A program made the position numbers and the translations under genes. From Rotaria socialis (taxonomy: Eukaryota): a stretch of 64,000 bases of DNA. The stretch lies in contig CAJNYD010000054.1 of NCBI GenBank assembly GCA_905331295.1, positions 62,001 through 126,000 on the forward strand, written 5' to 3'. Each line of letters begins with the position of its first letter. The first letter of the stretch is position 1. The notes below the pieces were generated by a model. That model was not told where the DNA came from. It searched no databases and worked only from the letters and a program-made list of their open reading frames with translations. Positions 1 to 14,300 of the stretch are shown one piece after another.

Positions 1-1
1 T

Positions 2-1524
2 ATGGCAAGTCCACAAACTGTGCCACCATATAGTGTTGCTGTTGCCTCACCATCACAATATGTTCAACAAACAGGTCCTTCACCAAATCAAACTCATTAT
101 ACTCATCCATCGGTAATAGTATTTGTTCTAGTTCATTTTTGTTAAAACACAAATTTTGAAAGTTGATTTAAGCCGTCTGGCTTTCACATTAAAAACGTAT
201 CGACGAAGCAGATTGGGGGGCCGGGGGGGGGGCTAAAATGTAGAATTCACGTCCTCTGTTTTGTGACAGTATCAATATTAATTTTGTATATTTTGTCATA
301 AAATTAAAAAATCATCTGATTTATAATATTGTTTCGTATGTTTACTCTAGGCACGATAGCTATGAACGGGTAAATTTGAAAATCTGAAAAATATAAATCT
401 CATTATGCATTTTTTTCAATTCGTTTTGTTAAAGATGTACTACATCTATCGAAATCTTACGAATGTGAAGCTATGGAAAATTATTTTTAATCTATCGCTT
501 TATTTCTCCTCCCGTAATTACTATCATAACATATAAGAGCAGTCGTAAAGCTTTCGATTTAAAATTAGTATATTCCAATGTTTGTTTATTTGTCGGATAT
601 TTTATCTTTTGTCTCAAAAATAGACTTATCTCTGTTCTTTTTATTACGATTACAAGACAAATTCTGTCATAAACGAAAGCTGTTTTTATTTAGCCTCAGC
701 AGCCGATGATGACTGCGCCCGGTTATGGCCAGCCTATGATGCATGGTATAATGCCACCTCAAGCGGTTATGCAACCACAACAGCCACCACCGCCACAACA
801 ACCGCAACAGCAACAACCACCTCAACCTCAGCAGCAACCTGCACAGCCACAGCATCCAGTGCAACAGCAAGATGATTTAGCGATTAAAGTTAAACGATCA
901 TTTAGTAATTTCGATACTAGTCTGAAAGTAAACAATTTCCAAAACAAAACAAAAAACCTAATTATCTTAATAAATTTATTCTTAGACATTCCTACAAGAA
1001 TATTCATCAGTGTTACAAATGGATGATGCACGATTAAAGTAAATTGATTCTATTCTTTTTTGTTTTAATAGAATGAAACTAATTTTCTTTATATTAGTTC
1101 TCAAACACCTGATCTTCTTGCACAAAGTTCCCAGAATCTCGTCAGACGATACGAAACTTTACTTGTTGCTCTTGATTTATTCGAATCAAATTTAGTATGT
1201 TAACAGTAGCATCAATCTTTATTTCGCACACTCTAATTTTCTTTCCGTTTATAGCGTATGCTACAAGATTATACATCGACACAGAATAATTTCCGTCGAT
1301 ATATGCCACCGCCAACAATGGTTGCCGAATCGAGTGCGCATTCCGGCCATCAGTCAATGCAAATATCAGCACATATTGGCCGGGCTGTTGATCCTATTCA
1401 ATATCAGTTTCTTTTGAATAAAATGCAAACGCAAATTGATTCGTTTAATGCATTGCATGATCTAGGGAAAAAATTTCTGGAAGCTTCATCAACAAATGTA
1501 AATACAAATATAACAACGAAATAA
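2..1524 (+). CDS. MED29: Mediator subunit 29 (intersex)-like; spliced, may extend 5' beyond the window
   Basis: In-frame exons 2-112, 694-927, 986-1038, 1098-1194, 1255-1524 with GT-AG introns. A P/Q-rich N-terminus is followed by DDLAIKVKRSFSNFDTSLKTFLQ..RRYETLLVALDLFESNLRMLQD..QYQFLLNKMQTQI, which parallels the MED29 helical pattern (..LKESLQ..EEFYALCDQLELCLR..QYLAVIKAQI). Confidence 0.6.
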
Positions 1525-1656
1525 TAGGAACTTTATCTTGTCTGGTCTTTTTCTTTTCTCTTTTTTGTTGTCATTAATTTTCTCTGTCGTTTTTATTGTA
1601 TAAAATAAAACAGAAACGAGCATAAAGATAGCAATACGGCGAAAGAATTTTCAAAC

Positions 1657-2210
1657 ATGGCGGATCGACGTCTGCGACATGTTACAAATCTTGACAATGA
1701 ATTTATAGGAGATTATTATTCAATCGATAATTTCGATGAAAAATCTAAAAATTGTATGGAAATTCTTATTGCAGAATCGATTGGTGAAATAACAAAAAAT
1801 TATCTTGTATGTTTTCTTTAATATTCAAAACAAAAAATATATACATATAGAAAAAAAAAATTCTATTTATCTAGCCCGAATATCAACGATTATCAGCTTT
1901 TTCTTACTATCCACCGTTGAAACCTGAACAAATTCGTAAACTTACAATTGAAAATGTAACATCAAACGATGTACAAATTCAAATAACAGACAGAATCTAT
2001 AATCGATTAGAATTAATTTTAAAAAGCAAAACACCGAATTGGAATGCTACAGATCAACGAACAGCAAAACGATTTGTTACAAACGCCGTTCAAGATGCTG
2101 TTGAAGCAATACGTAAGAAATTAAATGAATGCATCGCTCTTGAAAATCAAACACCAAATATTATTGTTCAACGTTTTGTATTAGATAATAATCGATTGAA
2201 AATTGTTTGA
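1657..2210 (+). CDS. Uncharacterised ~160 aa protein (2 exons)
   Basis: Exon 1657-1806 (MADRRLRHVTNLDNEFIGDYY..KNYL), intron 1807-1874 (GT..AG), exon 1875-2210 in frame with ORF 1917-2210. No family recognised. Confidence 0.65.
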
Positions 2211-4166
2211 AGAAGAGTTTTTTGCAGACAATAAATATTCGACTGTAAATCTTTTTGATAGTGTTTATCTAGAATATAGTCATCATGGTCGACTGTTATT
2301 ATCGTTATCAATTGTGGGACTGAAATGAGAGTGTTTACGACCGTGCGGTTAAAATGATTGTTATACTACCACGATAGGGATTATACTACATTAAATATCA
2401 TCTATTTTAAATAAAACACATTATTCTTTTAGCTTAAATCTATTTAAGTGTCATACGATATGAATTATATTGAAAAGAAAAGATTGAAAGGTTATTATCG
2501 CTTTCTTTTTCAATCGATCAGAGAAATACTATGAATGTTCGTTTTTCACGTTCTTCAAGCTCGACATTTTTGCACTAATAGTAATGAAAACTTTCATGTG
2601 TTCTCGTCGTTCTCAGTAGTCAATAATATTTATGCGCAATACCAGAGATTAAAGTATTTATTTAAATAGAAGGAAATATTTGCACTTTAGTCAGAAAGAA
2701 ACCGATCGACATTTATTCGAGACGTATGGTAAACGGAGGTAAGGTTGCAGATTTTTTATATAAAATAATTGGAAAATATAAACGATGAGCTTGATCGATT
2801 TGCATCAGCTCTTTCAAGTTTTACAGCATAATTGAAAACAACGATTCTGAGTCTTGCAAAAAAGATATCCTGTATGATATGTTCTCAGAAGTCTTTGTAA
2901 AATTTCTGTAGAGAACTAGAAATCATCATTCTCGAACTTCGATCTATTTATCTGATCTCTTAGAGGAAATTTCTCTAAAATGTTTTCAATTGATGCTTTA
3001 AATACAAGCGGCATACTAAAGCAATTGAGTTTTTCATTTTGAGAGACGCTGAGCTATGCCTGGCCTAAAAGACCTCACAGTACCGTTAAGTATTAAACTA
3101 TTGAAAACTTTTGATTTTTAAATAGACATCATAGTAAAACACCCAGAAGTACGGAATATCAATGTAAACCAATTAATTAAACGACTATTGCAATAGAGAG
3201 CTAAAAATGCGATTTTCGAAAAATATCCGACAAGATAGATCAATCTATCAGCATGATACCCTCTGTTTTAATTCCTGATTTCATCACCAAGATAAATTCT
3301 TGGCATCTATCGTAAGATCATCATTTACTGCGGTTTCGTTTTAAATCAAACCCCCATTGTGCAACTTGCACATCCTATACAAATCATAGATTAATTCTAA
3401 ATTCAAGAACCGTACAAGATAAAAAAAAAAGCAACGAATAACTAGCGCCTTCTATGCTGTCTATTTTCTTATTGGAGTATTTACGTCATTTTCATATGTA
3501 AAATGTAAGGTGCTTTATATCTGACTCACATAAGTAATTCAATTTGTCTCTCTCTCTCTCTCGCTTTCGCTTTCCCTCTAATATATGTTGTGTCGACAGC
3601 AGGTCCTTTGTTCATCCTGTTTTACCAATAAGATTATTTGTCACAGTTTAACCATAAATCGTTTGTTTACTTTTTTTTAGAATTTCATGATGTTATTCCG
3701 TCGATGTTTTGTAAGACTTCAAATAAGAAGGAGAAAAAAATTCCCACCGTAACATTCAGGATTAAACAGTCTTCGTATACGTGCAATGATAGAATACTTT
3801 TACTTATTTATTTTAATTCACTATTATTATATTATTACACAATACACAAGTATTCATTATATTCTTTATCAAAAAAAAGAAAGAAAAAACGTGCTTAGTT
3901 TATGAATATATTCATTGTTTGTCAGTAATAAGATTCGACAGGTAAGTTGATTTGAGCTTATAGAATGCAAGAAAAAGAATAATCTAAATAGAGAAACGAA
4001 CGTCAACCGATGTTTACTGTCTATAGACAACATGAACTTTATTTATGGATTTATCTTTTTTTTAGACGGACGCTTTTAGTTTGATGAAGAAAAATAAATA
4101 AACAGAATTCTTTTGTTGTTTTTGTTTTTAGATCATTTTTATTTTATTTTATTTTTCTTTTTGTAA

Positions 4167-5068
4167 ATGGAGCCGGCAAATCCTCTTGTAACATCCGTAG
4201 CGTTATTTGTAACGGTAAATATTTCTATAAAAATAAAACTACCGAACCAACGAAATATTTTATTTTAGCGATCGGAAATCGATTTTTCTCATCGTTCACC
4301 AAGTCCTATATGTCAACGATGGTTTATGGTTTTATATCTTAAATCCGAAGCTAAAGAACTTGCATTAACAGTAGGACATTCTTTTTTTTTCCTCCCTGCA
4401 AAAATTGTAACAAAATCTATGGTTTCGTTTAGGTTTATCCAGTAAATATGAAAAATCCTGAGCAAGAATTCAAAAAAGCTTATAATTCCAGTCCACCGGT
4501 TGTTGTATTTGATGAAACAAATGATAAATCATCACAAGTTGTTCTAACTGATAATCGTGATATTGATGCTGAAATAAGTAAACGTTTTCCCGTAACAAAT
4601 ATGAGTTCATTAAAAGAAGCCGAAGACGTTTGTTCAAATGTTTATATTAAATTTCATCCCTATTTAAAATCGCAAGTTGGCGATCCGCAAGAACAAATTA
4701 AATTGCGTTCATTATTAAGTGAATTTAAACGTATCAATGATTATCTTGAAGAAATGGGTACGAAGTTTTTATCGGGCGATGAAATGACATTTGTCGATTG
4801 TGACGTCATGCCGAAATTACAACACATACGTGTTGCGGGAAAATATTATAAAAATCTCGATATACCAAATGAATTTCATGCCCTATGGTCATATATGGAT
4901 CGTTGTTATAAAACAAAAGCATTTCAAGAATCATGTCCGTTCGATCAAGATATTTTAATGCATTACGAAGGTAAAGTCGGAGCGCATATCAAAGCAGTTG
5001 GTAAAACGCCAACATTGCAACAACCAACAATGACATTAACAATACCCGTACATGACCATAGTGAATGA
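4167..5068 (+). CDS. CLIC: Chloride intracellular channel (CLIC/EXC-4 family, GST fold)
   Basis: Exons 4167-4214, 4269-4370, 4433-5068. Motifs ALFV..SPICQRWFMVLYLK, PPVV, FLSGDEMTFVDCDVMPKLQHIRVAG, AFQESCPFDQDILMHY. Confidence 0.92.
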
Positions 5069-5362
5069 GAATCACTGCTGAAGTCAAATCGATATGAATG
5101 AACTTTTCTATTTCCACATTTTTTTTCTCGCTCGTTGTGTATAATTTTGGTTTATCATAAATCTCATTCTTTCTTTCGTTTTTTTGGTCTCTGCGCTATT
5201 GTCAGCTTTTTATATATCTTGTGAAACGTTGAATGGTTGATATATGATGAAATCATTTGAAAACTGGTCAAATAAAAAACGTTTGATCTTTTTTTCTCGC
5301 TTTGTTCGTTTTTCTTTTATTTTATATATTTAGATTCGAAATCAACATAATTAAGATAAAAA

Positions 5363-8300
5363 ATGATGGAAGAAGCTCAAGAGAAAGATATGGTATTTAT
5401 TGATCTTTATTTAGTTTGACTTTTGAAAATAATCCTCTGAGTCACTTTCATCACATTTTTTTTGCACAATGTATTCACACACATCATCTATTCATTTTCT
5501 ACGATGAAATACACGACTAACATGCTCGATGTAATCAGATTGATAATTGGAGTAGATTATCGTGTATTTTAGATTGTCTTAGTTTGTTAAACATAGCAAG
5601 TCTTGTATATGATATTCGTTTGAGATCCTCTCAATTGAATGTAAATTTTAACAACTACGATATTTCCGTCAGTTATTCTCCTTACTGAATTGACGATGCG
5701 GAAATATATTGTACAAGAAAGTCGTTCCTCTCCTTGTTCGTAGTGTATTCATTTCGGCGTTTTTACAGTGGTCTATGTGTAATCACTGAGTTTATACTAG
5801 AATAACAAAATCCTACAATTAAACACATTCACTCACAAGATTTCCTTAAAACTAAATTTCTTCATTCTCGGTATCGTTTGTTTCCGTGAACTAATTTCAT
5901 AAGCAGAAAATGCATCTATACATATCTAAAATCGTCTTTTTTCTTCTTCTAACTTTAGGATGCAATTGCTTGTTTTAAAGGGGGTAAATCGTTAACAATT
6001 ACTGGACGACAGTATGGCGTATGTTCGCAAGCTCAAATGGTTAATTTACTTGCTTCGTCAAATCGTTATGGTTACATATTTTATGCTACGGAAACCGATG
6101 GTCTTGTAATAATCCCATCGAAATATATTGATAAAGAATCATCTCATCTAAGTAAATCATCGGACGACGACGATGATGATCCGGGTGAAAATCAAAATCT
6201 TGGAAAAAATTCTATTATTCGTCGATCATATTTACCTACTCAAATGATGAATAAAAACGCTTCAATTCTTCCTTGTTGGATATCTTTGAATGCAGATGAT
6301 TCTATTCTCGCAATAATTCTCTTAGAGTTAGATACTCGTGCATGGCATATTATTTTCTATGATGTTGTCAAATTAATTCAAACAGTAATTTCAATGAAAC
6401 GAATTTTATTTTTTTTAATACCGATTTATTAATTTTTAGCAGGATTCAGCACCACTCTTTTCTCCGATGTATCTTCCTACTGATCATGTTGGTGGCACAA
6501 TTCAATGTTTTGCATGGAATCCAGCTATTTCGAGTATGTTTGCTTATATTGATGGAAACGGAGCTGTTTCAACATTTGACATCGATCAAAATTCAAAACA
6601 ATTAAAACTTCTTGGCGAATCTGATGCCAATGACGATAATTCATCAAGTATGTTTACAATGATTTTTTTCTGTAGCTGACAATTCGTTTGTTTTCTAGTT
6701 TGTTGGAGTCCAAAAGGAAAACAAATTGTTCTAGTAAAATATGATGGTGTCTTGGAATTATATGAACCGAATATGAAATTAAGAAAAAAATATGCATCAG
6801 CTACTGATGCATCAATGCCTCCATGTATTAGTGTAATTTGGATTTCGACGCATCAATTTTTACTTGGTTATTCTGAAAATAGTCCAGATGAAAATTCAAA
6901 TGAAAATTCATTTTTTCAAATTATGACAACGTATGAGAAAGTAAGAATTAAAAATAAATGATCGAACAGATTCTTATTTGTTTTGGTTTTTCATCATTCC
7001 AAAATAAAGGATCAACTTGTTAAAGCACAAGTTTATAATGATCTCTTTTTTGATGCTTCCGAAGCTCCAGCTAATATTAATCCACAATATTTTCATGTAC
7101 GAGTAAATGAAAGGTATGCGGATTTATCTATGTGACATAGCTTATTTTATTAGTTTAAATAATTTAGTAAAATGATCATTAGTGGCGTGTCGAAATCGTT
7201 GAAAATCAATGTACTTGGCTCCGATGAACTCAATCAGGTTTGTACATGAATAGTTTTAGGCATGGACATTTTTGAAAATGTCGATATGCTCGAAAAAAAT
7301 GCTAATGGGGATATTGTAATCTGAGAATTTGTCTGCAGAATGTATTCTTTCTTTCCTTTTCTTTTTTGAACAATGCCGCGTCAATTCGGTGTTTTTTAAC
7401 TGACAAGTATGATGTAAATGTCGATATCGTTTTATGTGTCATAGATAGCTGAGGGATTATTTTGTCTATATGTTGATTGTTTTCTCTAATGAATGCCGTA
7501 GTTCATATGTGTATATAATAGAAAAGATCGATATTATTCTCCTAGGATTAAGATATTGTTTGGTTTATCATGTTTTTCATCAATATCGAGTAATAACATT
7601 TAAAAGACGAAAAGCTTTATTATTTAATTTTTGTTCCCTTACGACAAATAGCATATGTTTACAAATACAAAAAGCATGATAACAACAAAAAAAGTGTATA
7701 AGAAAAAAATGAATATAAAGACGTAGATAATGATGTATATTTTGATTTGACTTGAAAGTGAGATAATATTGTTGGTGTCGGTTGAGTTTTTCTTTGTCTA
7801 TATTGACAGAAATCAGTGCATTGATTGAATGATGAACAATTGAGATATTTCTCTAATTCATATACGCGTACGAATCGGTCATTATAAAGGCAATCTTGAT
7901 TCATTTTAAATAATCGATTGATATCAACATTTTCTTGCCGTTTTAAATTGAATATATTCAGTAATTGACAGTTACATTGTAATTTTGTTGACGCATCTTC
8001 CACAATTTTTAAACGTGGATAATTTATTAATATACAATTATCTAATGGTGATATCTGTTTATGTGTAATATGTATTGATAAACGTTCTAAATTTTTAATT
8101 CCACAAAAAGCATTTTTATCAATTGAATTCAACGGATTATTCGTTAATGTTAAATGTCGAAGTTTCGGTATATGTTCAAATGTATATTCATCGATTTTTT
8201 CAATTAAATTTGAACTTAAATCTATGTCATCGATTGTATTTGATTGTAAATTTTCAATTGATTCCAATTGATTATGTTCAAATGCGATATATTTTAAATT

Positions 8301-11300
8301 TTGTAATTTTTTCAACGAACCTATTAATGGTTGTGTTTGAAATAGATTCGGTAAATTTCGTATAATCAATCGTTCGAGCGATACTAAATATTCAATTGGT
8401 AATAAACTTAATTGATGTGTATTTGTTAAACTTAAATAAGTTAAATGCTGTCCAATTGAATAAATATCGTAATAACGATAGCTATCAATGAAAATATTAC
8501 TTAATTCTAGTCGATGTAGAAATGGTAATTGTTGTAATAATAATTCGAGATTTAATTTTTTATCATGTTTACTTTTTTGATGATAATGAATATTTTTTAA
8601 TGTTAAAGATTTTAATTTTTGAAATGAATTCATTGAAAATAGTTCTTGAAAATTTTCATTTGAAAATTTCAATGATATTATTGTCGAATTTTCAAGCGTA
8701 AATTTTTCTAATTGTTTTATGTTTGCAAATGTTTGATCGTTAATATTAAGTAAATTACAATGATGCATACGTAGAATATTTATTGTTAAATTATTGAATG
8801 ATTCGTATTGAAAATTAAAATCATTTAAGCATGAATCAATTTGTATTGTGTTATAGATAATATTTGAATATAAATTTGGTATTGTCGATAAACCAATACA
8901 TTTTAGTAAGATCGATGATGGTGTACTGTTAGATGAAGCATCTTCACATTCGCATAATTGTGATTGAGATTGTAATGGATAGTACTGAGAGCATATTGAT
9001 GATAAACATAGATCAAGATTGAATAGAATGAGAAAAAATGAGAAAAAATCCGATCTTAAATTCATCTAAAATTAAAGATGGAACGTTGTCAATTGGATTT
9101 TAGAGGGAAGTAGAGTTGACATGATGAAATAGAAATTTAAAGCAAATAATTTTGTGTATGTGGCTATACAATAGAGTTAGTATTCAAGGTGAGGAAGAAA
9201 AACAAGACTCCGGAAGACAAGTGGAGTGCGGAAGTCTCGTACTTTATTCCTTGCGTCAAGGACGCACATAAATAACTTTTAATAGAGAATGAGAAAACTA
9301 ATGATTGCGATCAAATATTGGTTTTCTTTTACAGAGATTATCTTATCGATGGCCTAAAAACGTGATACAAGTCAATTATGAATTAGTTTTGCTTCTGAAT
9401 ATCTCTAGTTTATAGTCGAGCAATAATAATCGGTTGCGTGCTTTTACAATGAAAATTTACTTGAGATTACAAAGAAAAAATTATGTTCTACGTAGAAACT
9501 ATTTTCTGGCCTAAGTCTTATCCTATTACGTAAGCGTTATTAAAAAAAACTAGAGAAACCAACAACGATTTCTTTGGTTATTCGAGAGAAATCTTATAGC
9601 TGAGTGTGAAGTATTTAGGAAAAAAACGTTCTAATTTTTTATGTGAGACATGTTTCGTAGATTTTAATTTAACATCAACATAAAAAATTTTCGAGGTCTC
9701 AGATATACTACCTAAAACGACTGCATCGATTTTCTACTCTCATCACAATAAACTCGAATATCTGATTTCTCATTATCCTGAAAAACAAATCTTCTTATCA
9801 GTTCGTAGTGGTTAATTTATTTAAGAAAAATCATCTGATACTTTGTACACGGAGTTTTTTGCTTGTTGATCTGTCATGTTGATAAAAATGTTTAGTCCAG
9901 ATCTACTGATAAGACAGTACGATATATATATGTATACATATTTACGTGGAGAAATGTATCGTTCATACTGTATAGAAAAGAAATCAATCTGTGTTTATAC
10001 ATATCGGCATTCACTAGAGGTGAACTTTAACGATAAATATAATGGCACGATTTGTTGAAATAATCTTAACGCTGACTAGATAATTGTCTCTAAGTAAAAG
10101 TTCTCGAATTTTGTCTGTATGGACACTTACTGTATATTACATTGAAGAATTAGCCTAGTTTATTACTATTCAATGATGATCTATTTGTCATTTATGACTT
10201 TTTTAAGTATCGATTATTGAAAAAAAAAAAAGAAGAAATAATAATCTTACCGTTAATAGTATTGCTTCTAGTTGGGTACTTAAAGTTATAATCAAATAAA
10301 GTTGTCGGAAGTTTACATAGATAGAATATTAAATGACTATCGCGAGTATTTCTATTCATCAACATAGACGTTCGATTGAATAAAGAAAGTTACTTTCTAT
10401 CAAAAATTGGTATATATGCGAGGAAGAAAAAAAATAAGGGAATGCTTTGAAAGTATTGTATCTAAAATATTTACATTGTTATCCGAGACCAGCTATACTA
10501 TGGTTGATTGCCAATTGATCCTGTTAATGTACTCGTTCGTATGCATAGTAAAGACGAAGAAAAAATTACTTACAATCGTATGCCGGAACTCTTGATCTTT
10601 TTCTCTTGTTTGAATAAGAGAATAAGTGTATTGATTCATTCTTCTTCGCATTCTTGCTTACTACTCATAAAACATCATTTATTCAATCGTATGGTAGTCG
10701 TGGCTATTCTCCCTCTCGCTCGTCTTATTTTTATTCTTCTGGTAATCAGCTTTGTATTATTGTGGCTATTTTTTTCCTCTCATTCTCTATCGCCTTCTTT
10801 TTTTCGCTCTATGTATACTATATCATAATGAAAAAGAGAAAAGGCTAGGAAAAGGGAACGCGAAAGAGTGATGCGACTATTGGTCAATATAATATCCATT
10901 TCAAATGCTCTGCAATGTGTGTATATATCTGCATATATATGTATATGAATATATACATGAAGCGAAGGTAATCATAAAGCATACATACGGCAATAGATTC
11001 TCTTTTTACTACAACACGCTATTGTCAGTGAGGAGATAGATAGATGCATATATATATATACAAACTAAAAGGAGAAAAGTGAAATATTAAAGTCAAGCAT
11101 GAACATATGTAGACTTGACACAGAGTCATCATTCATCGACTATTATTCGAAAAGATAATGTGTGTTTATATGTACACACATCGATATATGCACACACACA
11201 TGTATATGTGTTGCTCTAATACTGACTCTTCTATCTTATTGAATTAGTAGAGAAATGATAAGATATTCATAATGAAATCCTATGAGATGCCGAATGATTG

Positions 11301-14300
11301 AATTCGAAAATTAAAAGAAAGAAACCATAATAGTTCCATTAAATAAAAAAGAAACAATTCATTAAAGCAAGCGCACGACCGGACATTACAAACAACTTAC
11401 TATTATAGTGCTACTTTCATAAAGCATGCATTTGTATGAGGTGGAGTTTCTGTTTAATGTTCACTTTTTTTCTCTTTTTTTTTCTTCTTCTTCTTCTTCG
11501 TCTTCTTCCTTTATCCTCTAATTCTTACTCCCTCTCTGTCTCCTGCACATGCGCACATATTGCTAACCACATCTTTAAGAGTAATGCCATTCTCTCTCTC
11601 TCTCTCTCTCTCTCGATCAATACGCACCGGCCAAGTGTCCCATTCTTGTTGCTGTGGTACGCGCCTAGCTATATACACAAAGATATTTTTATATGTGCCG
11701 ATGTGATTGTGCAATAGTGTGACTAATGGGTTGAACAAGATGACCAAATGCAATATAAAAGACATGCAAGTGAGTCTGGTCAAAAAGAAAAAAAAAGTCT
11801 TTGTGAGAGAAAAAAAAAATCTATTTAAACCAAGGATATATGTATGTTACAGCTACTTAAGACAAAACTGTCCCTTGCTCTTATTCTCACCATTGAAACT
11901 ACAAAATACGTAATCTTACTCGTGCATACAAATGCACGCCTTGATCTCTATTAGAAAGAGAGAAAAATTGATCTATATGATAGATGTTAGGTTGTTGCTA
12001 TCTTTTGTCTTATTTATCCAACGTATGTTTAATACTTTTGTTTGATCAGGGCAAACACGAAATTTTGATGGTGTTGTAATCGAGTTCGTTTATTTTTCGC
12101 TTAGATGAGTTCATTTTCTCGGGCAAATTTACTGTCATTCAAATGTAATTGATAATAATAAACAGAGCTCATTAACCAGTAGTAAGTGTAACATGTCCTT
12201 GCCGATTGAACCATTCAAATGAAAAGAAGAGAAGAAGAAAAAACGAAGCTTACGCAATGTATGCATAAATATTTTTGTGTGCTATAATGATAGCGTAAGG
12301 CATTCAAGCTCATTTTTCTCTTACTTGTTATTCTCTCATACTCATAAACAAATGAATAATGATGATCATGTTAATATGGTCAAGATGTAAATTATGTGTA
12401 CCTTGAAATACGAGAGGAAAATGATTGAAAAGTAACAAATGCGTATGAGAGAGCGCGAAATATGACGAAGATGGATATAAGATAGAAAAAAAATTCATAT
12501 GAGAAGAAACAAAAAGAATAAAGAAGAGCTGAATATTGATTCATTCAACAATCATCACTCACTTATTTGTCCTTGACCGATTATCGTTTCATTTATAATT
12601 CTTTTTTTGCAGTAGAAATTCGATGCCATCCTATGCAATACCTATGCTCATATTGAAACGAGAGAGAGAGAGAGAAATGAGTCCACTAGATTATTCAAAT
12701 CTTGTCCGAGGCCAGTTTGTTCAACCCTAATCGATATACTAACATCATCATCATCATCATCATCATCATCATTACTTTGTCCGAGAACATACCACTACTC
12801 AGCAGGTGATAGTCTGAACGCTGTTTAATCAGGCATCCATCTCAGGTTACATCTACACATATGTATGTGTATATGCACATGCAGTGCGATACTATTTACC
12901 TTGAAGAAGATGGTTATATCGATTGCTGTATGTAAAGTTTGAACAGCATGAATACTTGAACTGTCTTCGTCCAATTTACTAATTGAAATGTTCAAGTTGA
13001 TCGAACGTATCTACATATTTCATAAAGATACGTTGCATTTCATGGTTAACTCATAGATACTTGACATAAAATGTCATCTGATTAACACACAGCTGGTTCC
13101 TTTCTCTACGTTAAAAATCTTAGCTAGCAGGAAAAAAAAGTAAATCTTAAATTGACATTGATTATCAAAGTTAACCAATTTGGAACTGCTATATGATCGA
13201 GACACTTCTCATTGAAGCATGTAACAGATGTATTTAACAACGCCCGAGAGATCATGACACAAGTGCGGTTAATTTCTATTTATCGTAAAAAAAAGTTCAA
13301 AGTTAATGATTAATCTACTCACGCATTGGAACCATCTGTCAAAGAAAATAAAACAAAAAGGAAAACCTAGAATAGAAGAAGAAGAAGAAGAAATGTATCG
13401 AAATCTTGATAAGAAAATAAAGCTAGACGACCAACATGCGATTATCATGAGAAAAGAATATGCATTATAGTCATTCTGATTATTATCTTTTTAAGATAAA
13501 AAAAAAAGAGGAGAAAGACCCTGATTGAAACTATTCCATTTATTTACTATTTAGAATTCTCTGGATATATGGACATTTGCTGATCAATTTCGAGCAATGG
13601 TAAAAAGTGCAGCTACTGATAATAATGAACGTCCCATTCTAACCGGTATGGCTCTGGGACTTAATTCAACTTTATTAATATCCGAAGGCAATACAAAATT
13701 ACCTCCATGTCCAATGTTACTTCTTTCAAATAGTGATGGACTTTTGCAAGTTTATTATTTCATATGTAAAAGTTTACCGCCAATATGTCGCACATTTGAA
13801 GTTATCCAACAGATTCAAGCATTACAACCAACAATAAATATGGTTTCTGGAACATCAACATCAACGCCGCCACCGCCACCGTCATCGTCGTCTTCAATAC
13901 CACCAACCATACCTTTTAGTGTATCTACGACAAAAAGTACGATTTCCTTCTACGTACTTGTATGAGAGAAAAAAAGATTATTTATTGTATAGTTACTCTA
14001 TTGTTGTTACTTTCTGGGGAATGTCGAGAAAATAGCAACAACAATCTGTTAGAAGAACATGATCATCATTAAGAAAGAAGAAAGAGATTGCATAATATAT
14101 ATATAAGTACGCGGCATGGATTTTTGTAGTGATGAGTCGAGTGTCAGATAACAACCACATAAGAGAACAGGCAAGAGGAAAAAAGAACATTATCTAATGA
14201 TGAACAGAAAGTTCAAGTAACAACAGCAATCCTCTGAAAGATTATATTAGTCTTCTCTGCGTAGACAGATAATAATACGAAACATTTGTTTAATCGAATC

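Noticed and set aside
150..271. G-run plus ttttgtgacagta, a possible transposon end or G-quadruplex in the MED29 intron
   Set aside because: No partner terminus or TSD found; too little support.
9876..11913. Short plus-strand ORFs within the large Nup214 intron
   Set aside because: Compositionally biased with no motifs; likely UTR or intron of the nested LRR gene.
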